Source of the DNA: Candidatus Aminicenantes bacterium
Lineage (GTDB): Bacteria; Acidobacteriota; Aminicenantia; Aminicenantales; Saccharicenantaceae
Assembly (NCBI GenBank): GCA_963773685.1
Contig: CAVZBY010000010.1
Span: 32,129-96,128, forward strand
Length of the DNA: 64,000 bases
Reading direction: 5' to 3'
Under the pieces are notes generated by a model. It saw nothing but the letters and a program-made list of their open reading frames with translations, was not told where the DNA came from and ran no database searches. Below, piece by piece: positions 21,489-33,190 of this stretch (position 1 is the first letter of the stretch; each line of letters begins with the position of its first letter). Both the position numbers and the translations under genes were made by a program.

Positions 21489-21967
21489 CCGCGGCGGCCT
21501 CGATCCTGTCGATGAGGCTGGAGCTGGAGCTGCCCTTGAGATAGGGCACGATAACGACCTTCCCGCCGGCGGCCTCGACCTCGGCCCGGCCGACGACCCT
21601 GTCCGGGCCCCAGTCGCCGCCCTTGACCAGGACGTCGGGGAGGAGCGCGGCAACGATCTTCCGGGGCGTCGTCTCCGCGAACCAGGTCACGTAGTCGATG
21701 TCGGCGAAGGCGGACAGGATCTCGAGCCGCTCCCGGAGGGGGAAGACGGGACGCGACGGGCCCTTGAGCTTCCGGACCGAAGCGTCCGTGTTCAGGGCGA
21801 CGATGAGGACGTCCCCGAGCTCCCGCGCCTTTCGGAAGAGCCGGACGTGCCCGGCATGCAGGAGGTCGAAACAGCCGTTGGTGAAAACGACCGTCTTCCC
21901 CTTCCTTCCGGAGCGCCCTCCGGATCGGGAGGAGCTCGCGCAGGCTCTTGATCTTGGGGTCTCTCAA
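21454..21967 (-). CDS. rfaE2: D-glycero-beta-D-manno-heptose 1-phosphate adenylyltransferase, frameshifted
   Basis: [39 protein letters not shown]. Confidence 0.85.
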
Positions 21968-23249
21968 GGCCGCTTCTTGTCCGGGGCTGCCGAGCCGGAT
22001 ATTCGGGCTGAAGGTCCACTCGTGCGCCAGGCGGGCGACGCCGACGTCCTTGAGATTGGAGGAGACCAGGAACGAATAGAGGTTCTGGTGATAATCGTAG
22101 GGATAGCCGTCCCTCTTGTGGACGGCCACGTCGAGGTAGTACGTCCCGTTGATCAGGTTGAGCTTCCCGATCCGGAACTCGACCCGCCCCTCGCCGTCGA
22201 TGCGCACGGACTCGAGGTCCTCGAGATGCGTGTTGGTCCCGTAGCAGGAGACGCCCTGGGAATTGAAGAGCCCCACGCCGAAGACGAAATCGTCGGTCGG
22301 GGTGGGCGCGACGACGTCCATCTCGATGATCATGCCTTCGTCCGGAGAAAAGACGTGCTTCGGCTGCCCCTGAAGGCTCCGGAGGGTCACATTGCGGATC
22401 TCGATCTCGCGCCGTCCCCACCGGTTCTCGCGCCGCTCCTCCACGGCGACCTCGGTCGCGACCGCGGCGGCCTCGCTCTTCTTCTCGAAGGCCTTTTCCT
22501 GCTTCACGGTGACGTCCTGGAGGTAGGCGTCGACGATCCGCTTCGGCTCGCCGGAGGCCGCGACGCGGCCGTTCTTGAGCCAGATGACCCGGTCGCAGAT
22601 CTTCTCCACCGTGGCCAGGTCGTGGCTGACGAAGAGGATGGTCTTCTTCCGGCGGCGGAAGTCGTCGATCCGGTCGAGGCACTTGGGGATGAAGGAGGCG
22701 TCGCCGACGGCCAGGACCTCGTCGATGAGGAGGATCTCCGGATTGACGTTGATGGCCACGGAGAAGCCGAGCCTCATGTACATCCCGGAGCTGTAGGTCT
22801 TGACGGGGGCGTCGATGAAGTCCTCGAGCTCGGCGAACCGGACGATCTCGTCGAACTTCGCGGTGATCTCCTTCTTCGAGAGCCCGAGCATGATGCCGTT
22901 GATGAAGACGTTCTCCCGCCCCGAGATCTCGGGATGGAAGCCGGCGCCGAGCTCGATGAGGGCCGAGACCTTGCCGTTCGTCGTCACGCTGCCCGGAGCT
23001 CGGCTTGGCGATCCCGGCCACGATCTTGAGCATCGTGCTCTTGCCCGAGCCGTTCTCGCCGATGAGGCCGAGCGTCTGCCCCTTTTCGACGTTGAAGCTG
23101 ACATCGTCGAGCGCCGTCACGAGCTCGTCGGCCCGGATCGACTTGACGAAGTCCCCCTTGACCAGGGCGCTCTTGAAGGTCTGGAACCGGTGGCGGGCGG
23201 AGTACTTCTGATAGACGCGGGAGACGTTCTCGACCTCGATGGCGTTCAT
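21964..23249 (-). CDS. wzt: Polysaccharide ABC exporter ATPase with C-terminal carbohydrate-binding domain, frameshifted
   Basis: GENGSGKST, LIELGAGFHPE.SGREN, YSSGM..RL.F, LIDEVLAVGD; Wzt-C domain RWG..EIEI...GTYYLDVAV. Confidence 0.9.
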
Positions 23250-24066
23250 TCAGACCTCCTCCGGGAAGGAGTCGCGGAGCCTGTCGAAGACCGTGTACCC
23301 GACCCAGAACATCAGGAGCCCGACGAGGAACGTCACGCCGAGCTTCTTCCAGTGGATGAGCTCCCCGTAGAACAGACAGCTCTGGTAGCCCCCGATGATG
23401 TGGGTCATCGGATTGAGGTTGAGGAGCGTCCGGAGGAAGCCCGATTTCGAGATGGTCCCGAACGAGAGGGGATAGATGATCGGCGTCGCGAAGAACCAGA
23501 AGGTCAGGAGGTTGGACAGGATGTCCTTGATGTCCCGGAAGTGGACGGTCAGCGACGGAGATGAGGAGGCCGAAACCGAGGGTGAAGACGTACTGGACCA
23601 GGATGACGACGGGCAGGAAGAGGACGTAGGGGGTGAAGGGCTTGCCGAGGATCGGGATGAAGGCGAGCAGGATGGGCAGGCCGAAGAGGAAGTTGATGAG
23701 GTTGCTGGTCACGGTGACCACGGGCAGGATCTCGGCCGGGAAGAGGATCTTCTTGATGAGGTTCCCGTTGATCATCAGGACGTTGGCCGATTCGAGCAGG
23801 GTCGACGAGAACCAGGTCCAGGGCAGGACCCCGCAGAAGAGGAACAGGGCGTAAAGCCAGGGGGAGCCCTCGAAGGCCGGGTCCCGGGGCTGGATGATGA
23901 ACCCGAAGACGACGGTATAGACGATCATCAGGAGGAGCGGGTTGAAGAACGACCAGAGGAAGCCGAGAACGGTCCCCCGATAGCGGGCCTTGAGCTCCCG
24001 GCTGACCAGGTTCTGGATGAGGACCCGGTAGTTCCACACGCGTTTCAGGTTCGCGACAATGCTCAT
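23250..24066 (-). CDS. wzm: Polysaccharide ABC exporter permease, frameshifted
   Basis: RELKARYRGTVLGFLWS..NPLL, LIKKI.FP.E; FFATPIIYP and LNPM in the second frame. Confidence 0.9.
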
Positions 24067-24780
24067 TCCGCCGTCCTTCCCGAGAAGATGGCCTCCGCTT
24101 CGGAAGTGTATCTCCCGTCCGGGCCGTAGAGGACGAGCGGAGGGAGGTCCGGCTCGCCCCCGAAGGAGAGGCCGCACATCGCGAGGAAAAGGCTCGCCTC
24201 TTCGCCTTCCCGCGAGAGGACGGGCCGCAGGGCCCCGATCCCGAAGTCCTGCGCGCTCACGGCGTCCTCGAAGTCCTTTCTCCGCTTGCCCGGATAGACG
24301 AAATAGGCCCGGCCGTCCGCTTTGAGGAAGGCCCGGGTCGCCCGCATTATATCATTTATGTCGCCCATTATCTCATGCTTGGCGACGCTCTTCTCCTCGT
24401 CCGCGGCCAGCCGCCCCCTCCGGCCCCGGATGTAGGGGGGATTGGAAAATACGACATCGAATTTCCGGCCGGGATCCCAGGCCCGGAAGTCCGCCCGGAC
24501 GATCTCGATGCGGTCCTCGAGCCCGTTGAGGGCGACGTTCCGCCGGGCCAGGTCCGCCAGCCGCTCCTGGACCTCGAGGGCGGTGATGCGCGCGAACGGC
24601 TTGATGCTGAGCAGGATGGAGATGACGCCGCTCCCCGTCCCCAGCTCGAGGAGCTCGTCGGAGGGGCGCGTCCTCACGAAATCCGCGAGGAGCGGGGCGT
24701 CCACCGAGAAGCGGTATCCCTTCCGCCCCTGGAAGAAGCGGAAACGCCCGCGGTAGAACGGGTCCAGGGTCTCGTCCCGG

Positions 24781-24806
<26 letters not shown>
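24063..24806 (-). CDS. trmN6: tRNA1(Val) A37 N6-methyltransferase family
   Basis: QG.KGYRFSVDA.LLADF, LELGTGSG, SNPPY, AKHEI. Confidence 0.8.
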
Positions 24807-26489
<1,683 letters not shown>

Positions 26490-26498
26490 TCATTGGGG

Positions 26499-27362
26499 TT
26501 ATTTGGCCAGCGCGTCGACCGCGGTCATGATCTCCAACAGCTCCTTGGTGATCGTCGCCTGGCGGATCTTGTTCAGGACGAGGACGAGGTCCGTGATGAG
26601 GTCCTCGGCGTTCTTGGTCGCATTATCCATGGCCATCATTCGGGCCGCCTGCTCGGCCGCCTGGGATTCGCCGAGGGCGTGGAAGATCCGGCTCTCCACG
26701 TAGAGGGGCAGGACCGACGCCAGCAGCCGGTCCGCTTCGGGCTCCCAATCGGGAAAGGGCAGGGGGGCCCCGTCGCCGGCCGGAGGCCGGGAGACGGGCA
26801 GAAGGCGGTCGATGACGACGCGGGGCGCGACGATGGACTTGAACTCGTTGTGGACGATGTAGACCGCGTCGGTCCGGTTGAGGGCGTAGGTCCTCATCAG
26901 GAACGCGGCCAGCTCCCGGATCTCCTCACGGTCGAGCTTGTCGGTCCCCTCGGAAAGGACGCGGTCGACGCGGAACCGGGTCTTCCGGAAGGCGTTGACG
27001 GCCTTCTTGCCCACGAGGACGAGCCCGGGCTCCGCCGTTCCGGCCTTTTCCCGGAGGAACGCCTGGGCTCCCGCCAGGAGGTTGGCGTTGAAGGCCCCGG
27101 CCAGGCCCTTGTCCGAGGTCACGATCACGACCTCGGCCTTCGTCTCCTTCCGCTCGGCGATCAGGGGGTGGTCCTGCGCCCCCGCCAGGGCGACGATCCG
27201 GGCGACGATATCCGGGAAGACGTGCCAGTACGGCCTCGATTCGAGGACGTGCCTCTGGGCCTTCTTGTACTTGGCCATGGAGACGGTCTTCATCGCCTGG
27301 GTGATCTGCTGGCTGTTCCGGACGCTCCGGATGCGCCGGCGCAGGTTGATGAGGGTGGGCAT
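26499..27362 (-). CDS. atpG: ATP synthase gamma subunit
   Basis: QITQAMK.V, SDKGLAGAFN, RMMAMDNAT.NA, RQATIT.EL.EI. Confidence 0.97.
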   Translation of the reverse strand: MPTLINLRRRIRSVRNSQQITQAMKTVSMAKYKKAQRHVLESRPYWHVFPDIVARIVALAGAQDHPLIAERKETKAEVVIVTSDKGLAGAFNANLLAGAQAFLREKAGTAEPGLVLVGKKAVNAFRKTRFRVDRVLSEGTDKLDREEIRELAAFLMRTYALNRTDAVYIVHNEFKSIVAPRVVIDRLLPVSRPPAGDGAPLPFPDWEPEADRLLASVLPLYVESRIFHALGESQAAEQAARMMAMDNATKNAEDLITDLVLVLNKIRQATITKELLEIMTAVDALAK

Positions 27363-27363
27363 G

Positions 27364-28890
27364 CTACTTCGCTTCCGCCTTGAACCGGACGTTGAATTCG
27401 GTCAGGGCCGCCCCGATGTCCTCGTCGAGCGACGCGTCGATCTGCTTCTTGGCGGCGATCCGCGTCAGCAGGTCCGGGCGCTCCGCCTCGACGAACGCGA
27501 AGAGCTTCTTCTCGTACTCCCGGACCCTGTCCACCGCGAACGCGTCGAGGAAGCCCCGGTTGCCGGCATAGATGATGAGGACCTGCTTCTCCACGGGGAG
27601 GGGGGCGAACTGGTCCTGCTTGAGGATCTCGGTCAGGCGCAGGCCCCGGTCGAGCTGGGCCTGGCTCGTCTTGTCGAGCTCCGTCCCGAACTGGGCGAAC
27701 GTCTGGAGCTCGCGGTACTGGGTCAGGTCGAGCCGGAGCTTCCCGGCGACCTGCTTCATGGCCTTGATCTGGGCGTTCCCGCCGACGCGGGAAACCGATA
27801 TGCCGACGTCGATGGCGGGCCGGATGCCCACGTTGAACAGCTCGGGCAGGAGGTAGATCTGGCCGTCGGTGATGGAGATGACGTTGGTCGGGATATATCC
27901 CGAGACGTCCCCGGCCTGCGTCTCGATGAGGGGCAGGGCGGTCAGGGACCCGCCGCCCAGCTCGTCGCTGAGCTTGGCCGCCCGCTCGAGGAGACGGGAG
28001 TGGAGGTAGAAGACATCGCCCGGGTAGGCCTCCCGCCCCGGCGGGCGCCGGAGAAGCAGAGAGATCTCCCGGTAGGCCGCGGCATGCTTCGACAGGTCGT
28101 CGTAGATGACCAGGGCGTGCCCGCCGTTGTCGCGGAAATATTCCCCGATGGCGCAGCCGGAATACGGGGCCAGGTACTGGAGGGGCGACGGATCGCTGGC
28201 CGAGGCCGCGACGACGATCGTGTATTCCATGGCCCCGTGGTCTTCGAGGCCCTTGATGACCTGGGCCACGGTCGAATTCTTCTGCCCGATGGCGACGTAG
28301 ACGCAGATGACGCCCGTTCCCTTCTGGTTGAGGATGGTGTCGGTGGCGATGACGGTCTTGCCGGTCTGGCGGTCGCCGATGATGAGCTCGCGCTGGCCGC
28401 GCCCGATGGGGATGATGGCGTCGATGGCCTTGATGCCCGTCTGGAGGGGCTCCCGCACGGGCTGGCGGTCCACGACGCCCGGGGCGAGCCGCTCGATGGC
28501 CATGAAGACGTCGGTCGCGATAGGGCCCTTCCCGTCCAGGGGCTTCCCCAGCGGATCGACGACGCGGCCGACGAGGGCCGGGCCGGCCGGGACCTGGATG
28601 ATCTTGTGGGTCCTCTTGACCGTATCCCCCTCGCGGATGAGGGCGCCTTCCCCGAGGAGGACGGCCCCCACGCTGTCCTCCTCCAGGTTCAGGGCGATCC
28701 CGAGGACCCCTTCGGAGAATTCGAGCAGTTCATTGTACATGGCGTGGTCGAGTCCGTGGATCCTGGCGATGCCGTCGCCGACCGACGTCACCGTTCCGAC
28801 CTCCCGGATGTCGACGTCGCTCTCATATCCCTCGATCTGGCGCTGAATGATCCTCGTGATCTCGTCGGGTTTGATATCCATGGTCGTCAC
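27364..28890 (-). CDS. atpA: ATP synthase alpha subunit
   Basis: [32 protein letters not shown]. Confidence 0.99.
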   Translation of the reverse strand: MTTMDIKPDEITRIIQRQIEGYESDVDIREVGTVTSVGDGIARIHGLDHAMYNELLEFSEGVLGIALNLEEDSVGAVLLGEGALIREGDTVKRTHKIIQVPAGPALVGRVVDPLGKPLDGKGPIATDVFMAIERLAPGVVDRQPVREPLQTGIKAIDAIIPIGRGQRELIIGDRQTGKTVIATDTILNQKGTGVICVYVAIGQKNSTVAQVIKGLEDHGAMEYTIVVAASASDPSPLQYLAPYSGCAIGEYFRDNGGHALVIYDDLSKHAAAYREISLLLRRPPGREAYPGDVFYLHSRLLERAAKLSDELGGGSLTALPLIETQAGDVSGYIPTNVISITDGQIYLLPELFNVGIRPAIDVGISVSRVGGNAQIKAMKQVAGKLRLDLTQYRELQTFAQFGTELDKTSQAQLDRGLRLTEILKQDQFAPLPVEKQVLIIYAGNRGFLDAFAVDRVREYEKKLFAFVEAERPDLLTRIAAKKQIDASLDEDIGAALTEFNVRFKAEAK

Positions 28891-29432
28891 TGCCCTTCGG
28901 TGATGATTTCCTTGAGCCTCGACAGGTCGCCCTCGACGGAGACGTCGTAAACGACGTTCCCCTTCCGGAGGGTCAGGCCTCCGATGATCTCCGGGTCGAT
29001 CCGGTAACCCAGGCTCACCGGCCTCCCCTCCAGGCGCTCGAGCGCCGCTTCCAGCCGCGCTTTCTGGCCGTCCGTCAGCGGGACGACCGAGGCGACCTCG
29101 AGGGTCGCGATCCCCTGCCGCTCGTTCCAGGCCTCGGGGGCCGTCGCCACGATCTCCGGAAGGATCCCCAGGCGCCCATGCTCGACGAGGAGGAGGACGA
29201 GGCGGACGGTCTTCGCCCCGGCGCCCTTCGTTTCAAGGATCTCGCCGACGATGCCGGCCCTGACCCGCGCGTTCAGGAACGGATTCTCCAGGGCCCCGCG
29301 GAGGTCGTCCCGGCCCGCGATGAGGGCGGCGAACGTCGCGAGCTCCCCGAGGACGAGGCGGAACTCGGCTTCGTCCGCCAGGGCGCCGACGAGCCCCTCG
29401 GTGTACTTTCTAACGAGCGTGGGGTTTCTCAT
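28887..29432 (-). CDS. atpH: ATP synthase delta subunit
   Basis: [16 protein letters not shown]...L..L; operon position. Confidence 0.9.
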   Translation of the reverse strand: MRNPTLVRKYTEGLVGALADEAEFRLVLGELATFAALIAGRDDLRGALENPFLNARVRAGIVGEILETKGAGAKTVRLVLLLVEHGRLGILPEIVATAPEAWNERQGIATLEVASVVPLTDGQKARLEAALERLEGRPVSLGYRIDPEIIGGLTLRKGNVVYDVSVEGDLSRLKEIITEGQ

Positions 29433-29994
29433 TCAGCCTGGAAAGCCTTTCGATGGATTTATCGACGAGCCCGGCCTGGTCCTCGGGACCGAGCGACTTG
29501 CGGATCCTTTCCCGGGCGATCGAGGTCGCCGTCTCGGCGGCGAAGGTCCTGAGCTCGCGAACGGCGCCCCGCGCCTGGAGGTCGATCTCCCGGGCGGCGA
29601 ATTCCCGGAGCCGGGCTCCTTCCTCGCGGGCGGCCTGAGCGATCCGCTCCTTCTCGAAGCGGCTTCGCGAAGCGGCTTCGGTCTTTATGCGTTCGATCTC
29701 GGCGCCGACGCCCTCCAATCGCCCCTTGGCCGCCAGGCCCTTCTCTTCGGCCAGGGCCCGGGCGGTCGCGGCATCATCCAGGGAGCGCCGGACATCCGCC
29801 GACCTCTTTTCGAGCATGGCGCGAACGGGCTTGTAGAGGAGGTAGCCCAGCCCGCCGAAGAGGATCAGGAAATTGACGGTCTTGGCCGGAAGGTCCGAAG
29901 AAGCGGCCTCGCTCCCCTCCCCGGCCGGGCTCGCGCCCGAGAAAAAGAGCGCCAGGAGGATGATCGCGGCCAGACCGGTCTTTGGAAGCCTCAA
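29410..29994 (-). CDS. atpF: ATP synthase F0 subunit b
   Basis: VNFLILFGGL TM segment followed by coiled coil; operon position. Confidence 0.85.
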   Translation of the reverse strand: MRLPKTGLAAIILLALFFSGASPAGEGSEAASSDLPAKTVNFLILFGGLGYLLYKPVRAMLEKRSADVRRSLDDAATARALAEEKGLAAKGRLEGVGAEIERIKTEAASRSRFEKERIAQAAREEGARLREFAAREIDLQARGAVRELRTFAAETATSIARERIRKSLGPEDQAGLVDKSIERLSRLNEKPHAR

Positions 29995-30407
29995 TGTACG
30001 ACCTTCTTTTCGATGCGTTCCGCCAGGCGGCCGGCTTCGCCCTCCAACTGCTCCTTGAGCCGGCGGACCTGTTCTTCGAGCTCGGCCTTGGCCTTCTCGA
30101 TCCTGTCGCGCGTGTCCGCTTGGACCTCGGCGATGAGGCGGGCCTTTTCACCGAGGGCCTGGGCCTCGAGCTCTTCCCGCATCCGCTCCGAAGAGGCCCG
30201 GGCCTCTCTGAGCTCGTCCTCGATCCGGCGGAGGTCCCGCTCCCCGGCCTCGATGGCGGCCTTGGCCGCGTCGCGGTCGGCGGACTCGCGGCCGCGGCGC
30301 TTTTCCAGGATCCGGCCAACGGGCTTGAAGAACACCCGGGTCAGGACGAGGACGAGGACCCAGACAAGGAGGAAGATGACGATGAAGGTAAGATCGATGG
30401 CCAGCAT
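29991..30407 (-). CDS. ATP synthase F0 subunit b'
   Basis: N-terminal TM, FFKPV..IL.KR, coiled coil. Confidence 0.85.
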   Translation of the reverse strand: MLAIDLTFIVIFLLVWVLVLVLTRVFFKPVGRILEKRRGRESADRDAAKAAIEAGERDLRRIEDELREARASSERMREELEAQALGEKARLIAEVQADTRDRIEKAKAELEEQVRRLKEQLEGEAGRLAERIEKKVVH

Positions 30408-30449
30408 GTCATTTTCCGGTCCGGAACCGTAGATGAAAATGTAGCATTT

Positions 30450-31739
30450 TCAACGCGAAAAAACAATTTTCTTGATCTCCCCGACCAGGAACAGGGAGCC
30501 CGCGGCGACGACCGGAGTCGTCGCCCCGGCAAGGCCTTTGGCCAGCTTCAAGGCCTTCCCGATATCGGGTTCGATGAGGATATTGCCGCGGCGTCCTTTC
30601 CAGAGCCGGAGCACCTCCTCCGGGTCCGCCGCCCGGGCCATCGGGATCCTCGTCAGAACGACCGTTCGGGCGAGGGGGAACAGGGACGCGGCCATGGCCC
30701 CGATGTCCTTGTCCTTCATGGCATCGAAGATCAGGATGACCGGCTTCCGCACGGCGTCGCGAAGATAGGCGGCGAGCGAAGCGGCGCCCTCGGGATTATG
30801 GGCCCCGTCCAGGATGACCGGCGGCTTCGAGCCGACCGTTTCCAGCCGGCCCTCCCACCGCGTGCGGCCGACGGCGGCGATCATCTTCCCCTGGTCGAGC
30901 GGCCTCCAGACGCGGTCGAGGACCTCGGCAGCCCGGATGGCGACGGCCGCATTCTCCCCCTGGTGGAATCCGGGAAGGGAAGGCTTGAATTCATACCGGC
31001 TCTTTCCCGTATCGTAAGCGAACCGGGCGCCGCCTCCGGCGGCAGCGGCGAACGCCGTTCCCGGCCCAAAAACCTCGACGACGGGGGCCCGAAGCTCCCG
31101 GGCCCGGCGGCGGATCACCCTCAGGGCCGTTCCCCGGCGGACGCCGCAGACGACAGGGACTCCAGGCTTGATGATCCCCGCTTTTTCGAAGGCGATCTCG
31201 GCCAGTGTCCCGCCCAGGTACGTCTGATGGTCCAGGGAGATGGTCGTTATGACCGAAAGCACGGGCGTCACCGCGTTCGTGGCGTCGAACCTCCCGCCCA
31301 TGCCGACTTCCAGGATCGCACAATCCACGGCTTCCTCGGCGAAATGGAGGAGGGCCGCCGCCGTGAGGGCCTCGAAGAAGGTCGGCGGATGGGGCAGCCC
31401 CCCGGAGACGACCAGCGCCTCCGCCCTTTCCCGGACGGCCGTGAGAGCCCGCGCGAACGACCCGGCGGTGACGAGATCGTCGCCGATGCGGATGCGCTCC
31501 TCGACGCGGACAAGATGCGGGGAGGTGTACAGGCCCGTCCGGAGCCCGTGCTCCGTCAGGATCCGGGCGAGCATGGCGGCGACCGAACCCTTTCCGTTCG
31601 TGCCGGCGACGAGGACGGAGGGGAAACGAAGGTCGGGGCGCCCCAGCGCTCCGAGAAGGGCGCGGATGTTATCGAGCCCGAGCTTGATCCCGAACCGCTG
31701 GAGGGACTTCAGATAATCGAGGCTCTGCCCATGGGTCAT
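30450..31739 (-). CDS. folC: Bifunctional folylpolyglutamate/dihydrofolate synthase
   Basis: AGTNGKGS, YTSPHL...ERI, LEVGMGGRFDATN, LDGAHN, GSLFLVG. Confidence 0.95.
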   Translation of the reverse strand: MTHGQSLDYLKSLQRFGIKLGLDNIRALLGALGRPDLRFPSVLVAGTNGKGSVAAMLARILTEHGLRTGLYTSPHLVRVEERIRIGDDLVTAGSFARALTAVRERAEALVVSGGLPHPPTFFEALTAAALLHFAEEAVDCAILEVGMGGRFDATNAVTPVLSVITTISLDHQTYLGGTLAEIAFEKAGIIKPGVPVVCGVRRGTALRVIRRRARELRAPVVEVFGPGTAFAAAAGGGARFAYDTGKSRYEFKPSLPGFHQGENAAVAIRAAEVLDRVWRPLDQGKMIAAVGRTRWEGRLETVGSKPPVILDGAHNPEGAASLAAYLRDAVRKPVILIFDAMKDKDIGAMAASLFPLARTVVLTRIPMARAADPEEVLRLWKGRRGNILIEPDIGKALKLAKGLAGATTPVVAAGSLFLVGEIKKIVFSR

Positions 31740-32530
31740 TGAGCTTCGTTCAGGAACAGGCGGAGCGCCCGGATGATGTAGTCCCTGAGCTTCTGCCGGA
31801 CGACCACGTCGTCGACCATGCCGTGGGCGAGGAGGAATTCCGACCGCTGGAATCCCTTGGGCAGCTTCTCCTTGATGGTCTGTTCGATGACCCTGGGGCC
31901 GGCGAAGCCGATCAGGGCTTGGGGCTCGGCGATATTGATGTCGCCCAGCATCGCGAAGCTCGCCGTCGTCCCCCCGGTCGTCGGGTCGGCCAGGACGGAG
32001 ATGAAGGGGACCTTCGCTTCGCCCATCCGGGCGATGGCGGCGCTCGTCTTCATCATCTGCATCAGGGACATCATGCCTTCCTGCATCCGCATGCCGCCGG
32101 AGCAGGAGACGATGATGAGCGGGCACTGCTCGGCGATGGCCCGCTCGCAGGCCCGGGTGATCTTCTCGCCGACGACCGAGGCCACGCTGCCGCCCATGAA
32201 CCCGAACTCCATGGCCAGGACATAAAGGGGGATGCCGCCCATCGTCCCGCGGGCCGTCTGGATGGCGTCGGCGAGGCCGGAGCGCGCCTGGCTGTCCGCG
32301 AGCCGCTTGGCGTATTTCTGCGTGTCCTCGAACCCGAGGAAATCGACCGGAAAGATGTTCTCGTCGAGGGTCTCGTACCGGCCGTCGTCGAACAGCATCC
32401 GGAGCCGCTCCGCCGAGGAGATCCGGAAATGGAAATTGCAGGCCGGGCAGACGGAGGAATTGTCCAGGATGTCCTGCTTATAGAGGATGCGCTGGCAGTT
32501 GTTGCATCGGGTCCAGAGGCTGTCGTTCAT
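31736..32530 (-). CDS. accD: Acetyl-CoA carboxylase carboxyltransferase beta
   Basis: C4 zinc finger, FMGGS, SGG.RMQEG, PTTGG..ASFA, GFAGPRVIEQT. Confidence 0.95.
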   Translation of the reverse strand: MNDSLWTRCNNCQRILYKQDILDNSSVCPACNFHFRISSAERLRMLFDDGRYETLDENIFPVDFLGFEDTQKYAKRLADSQARSGLADAIQTARGTMGGIPLYVLAMEFGFMGGSVASVVGEKITRACERAIAEQCPLIIVSCSGGMRMQEGMMSLMQMMKTSAAIARMGEAKVPFISVLADPTTGGTTASFAMLGDINIAEPQALIGFAGPRVIEQTIKEKLPKGFQRSEFLLAHGMVDDVVVRQKLRDYIIRALRLFLNEAQ

Positions 32531-32549
32531 GCTCCCTCTTTCGGCCGGC

Positions 32550-33047
32550 TCAGGCGGACGCATCCTTCTCCCGGGCCGCCTTCTCCTTGGGCTTGTGGGG
32601 CTTGGCCTTGACCTTCTGGGACAGGTGTTCGATGACGGAATCCGGGTCGGGAAGCTCCTCCTCGATGTCCTCCTCGTCGTGAAGGAGCTGTTGGACGGAG
32701 CTGACGAACTTTTCCGGATCGACGGGCTTTTCGAAATAGTCGGCGGCGCCGAAGGAGGACAGGGCCTCGTGCTTGTACTGGGGGCCCCTGTAGAGCCCGG
32801 TGACGATGATCACCGGGACGCGCCCGCCCGACTCCTGGGAGATCTTCTTGGTCAGGTCGAAGCCGTGGATCTTGGGGAGGATGGCCTCCAGGATGACGAG
32901 GTCCGGCTTCTCCGACTTGAACTTATCGTAGGCCGCCTGTCCGTCGGCGGCCTTGATGATCTGGACCTTCTGCGTTTTCAGCAGTTTGACCATCGCCTCG
33001 AGGCTCTGCTGGTCGTAATCGACGATCAACACCTTTTTTCCGGTCAT
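32550..33047 (-). CDS. Single-domain response regulator with Glu at the phospho-acceptor position
   Basis: KVLIVDYD, PDLVILEAILPKIHG, VTG, GAADYFEKP. Confidence 0.85.
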   Translation of the reverse strand: MTGKKVLIVDYDQQSLEAMVKLLKTQKVQIIKAADGQAAYDKFKSEKPDLVILEAILPKIHGFDLTKKISQESGGRVPVIIVTGLYRGPQYKHEALSSFGAADYFEKPVDPEKFVSSVQQLLHDEEDIEEELPDPDSVIEHLSQKVKAKPHKPKEKAAREKDASA

Positions 33048-33190
33048 GGGGCACCGCCCGGAATTGTATTGAAATCGGGAAAGGATGTCAACGAACCGGA
33101 CATGCGGCAAATGCGGACGGAGGGACAGTTGGCGGGAACGGACGACATGGGTTAAAATATCCCTGGTTGATTCGTCATCGAGGGACGGGA

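Noticed and set aside
21476-23104. Apparent Wzt-RfaE2 in-frame fusion
   Set aside because: Removing one base near 21990 gives ...PDKKRP* with a TTGA stop/start overlap at 21964-21967, typical of this operon; most likely an indel error.
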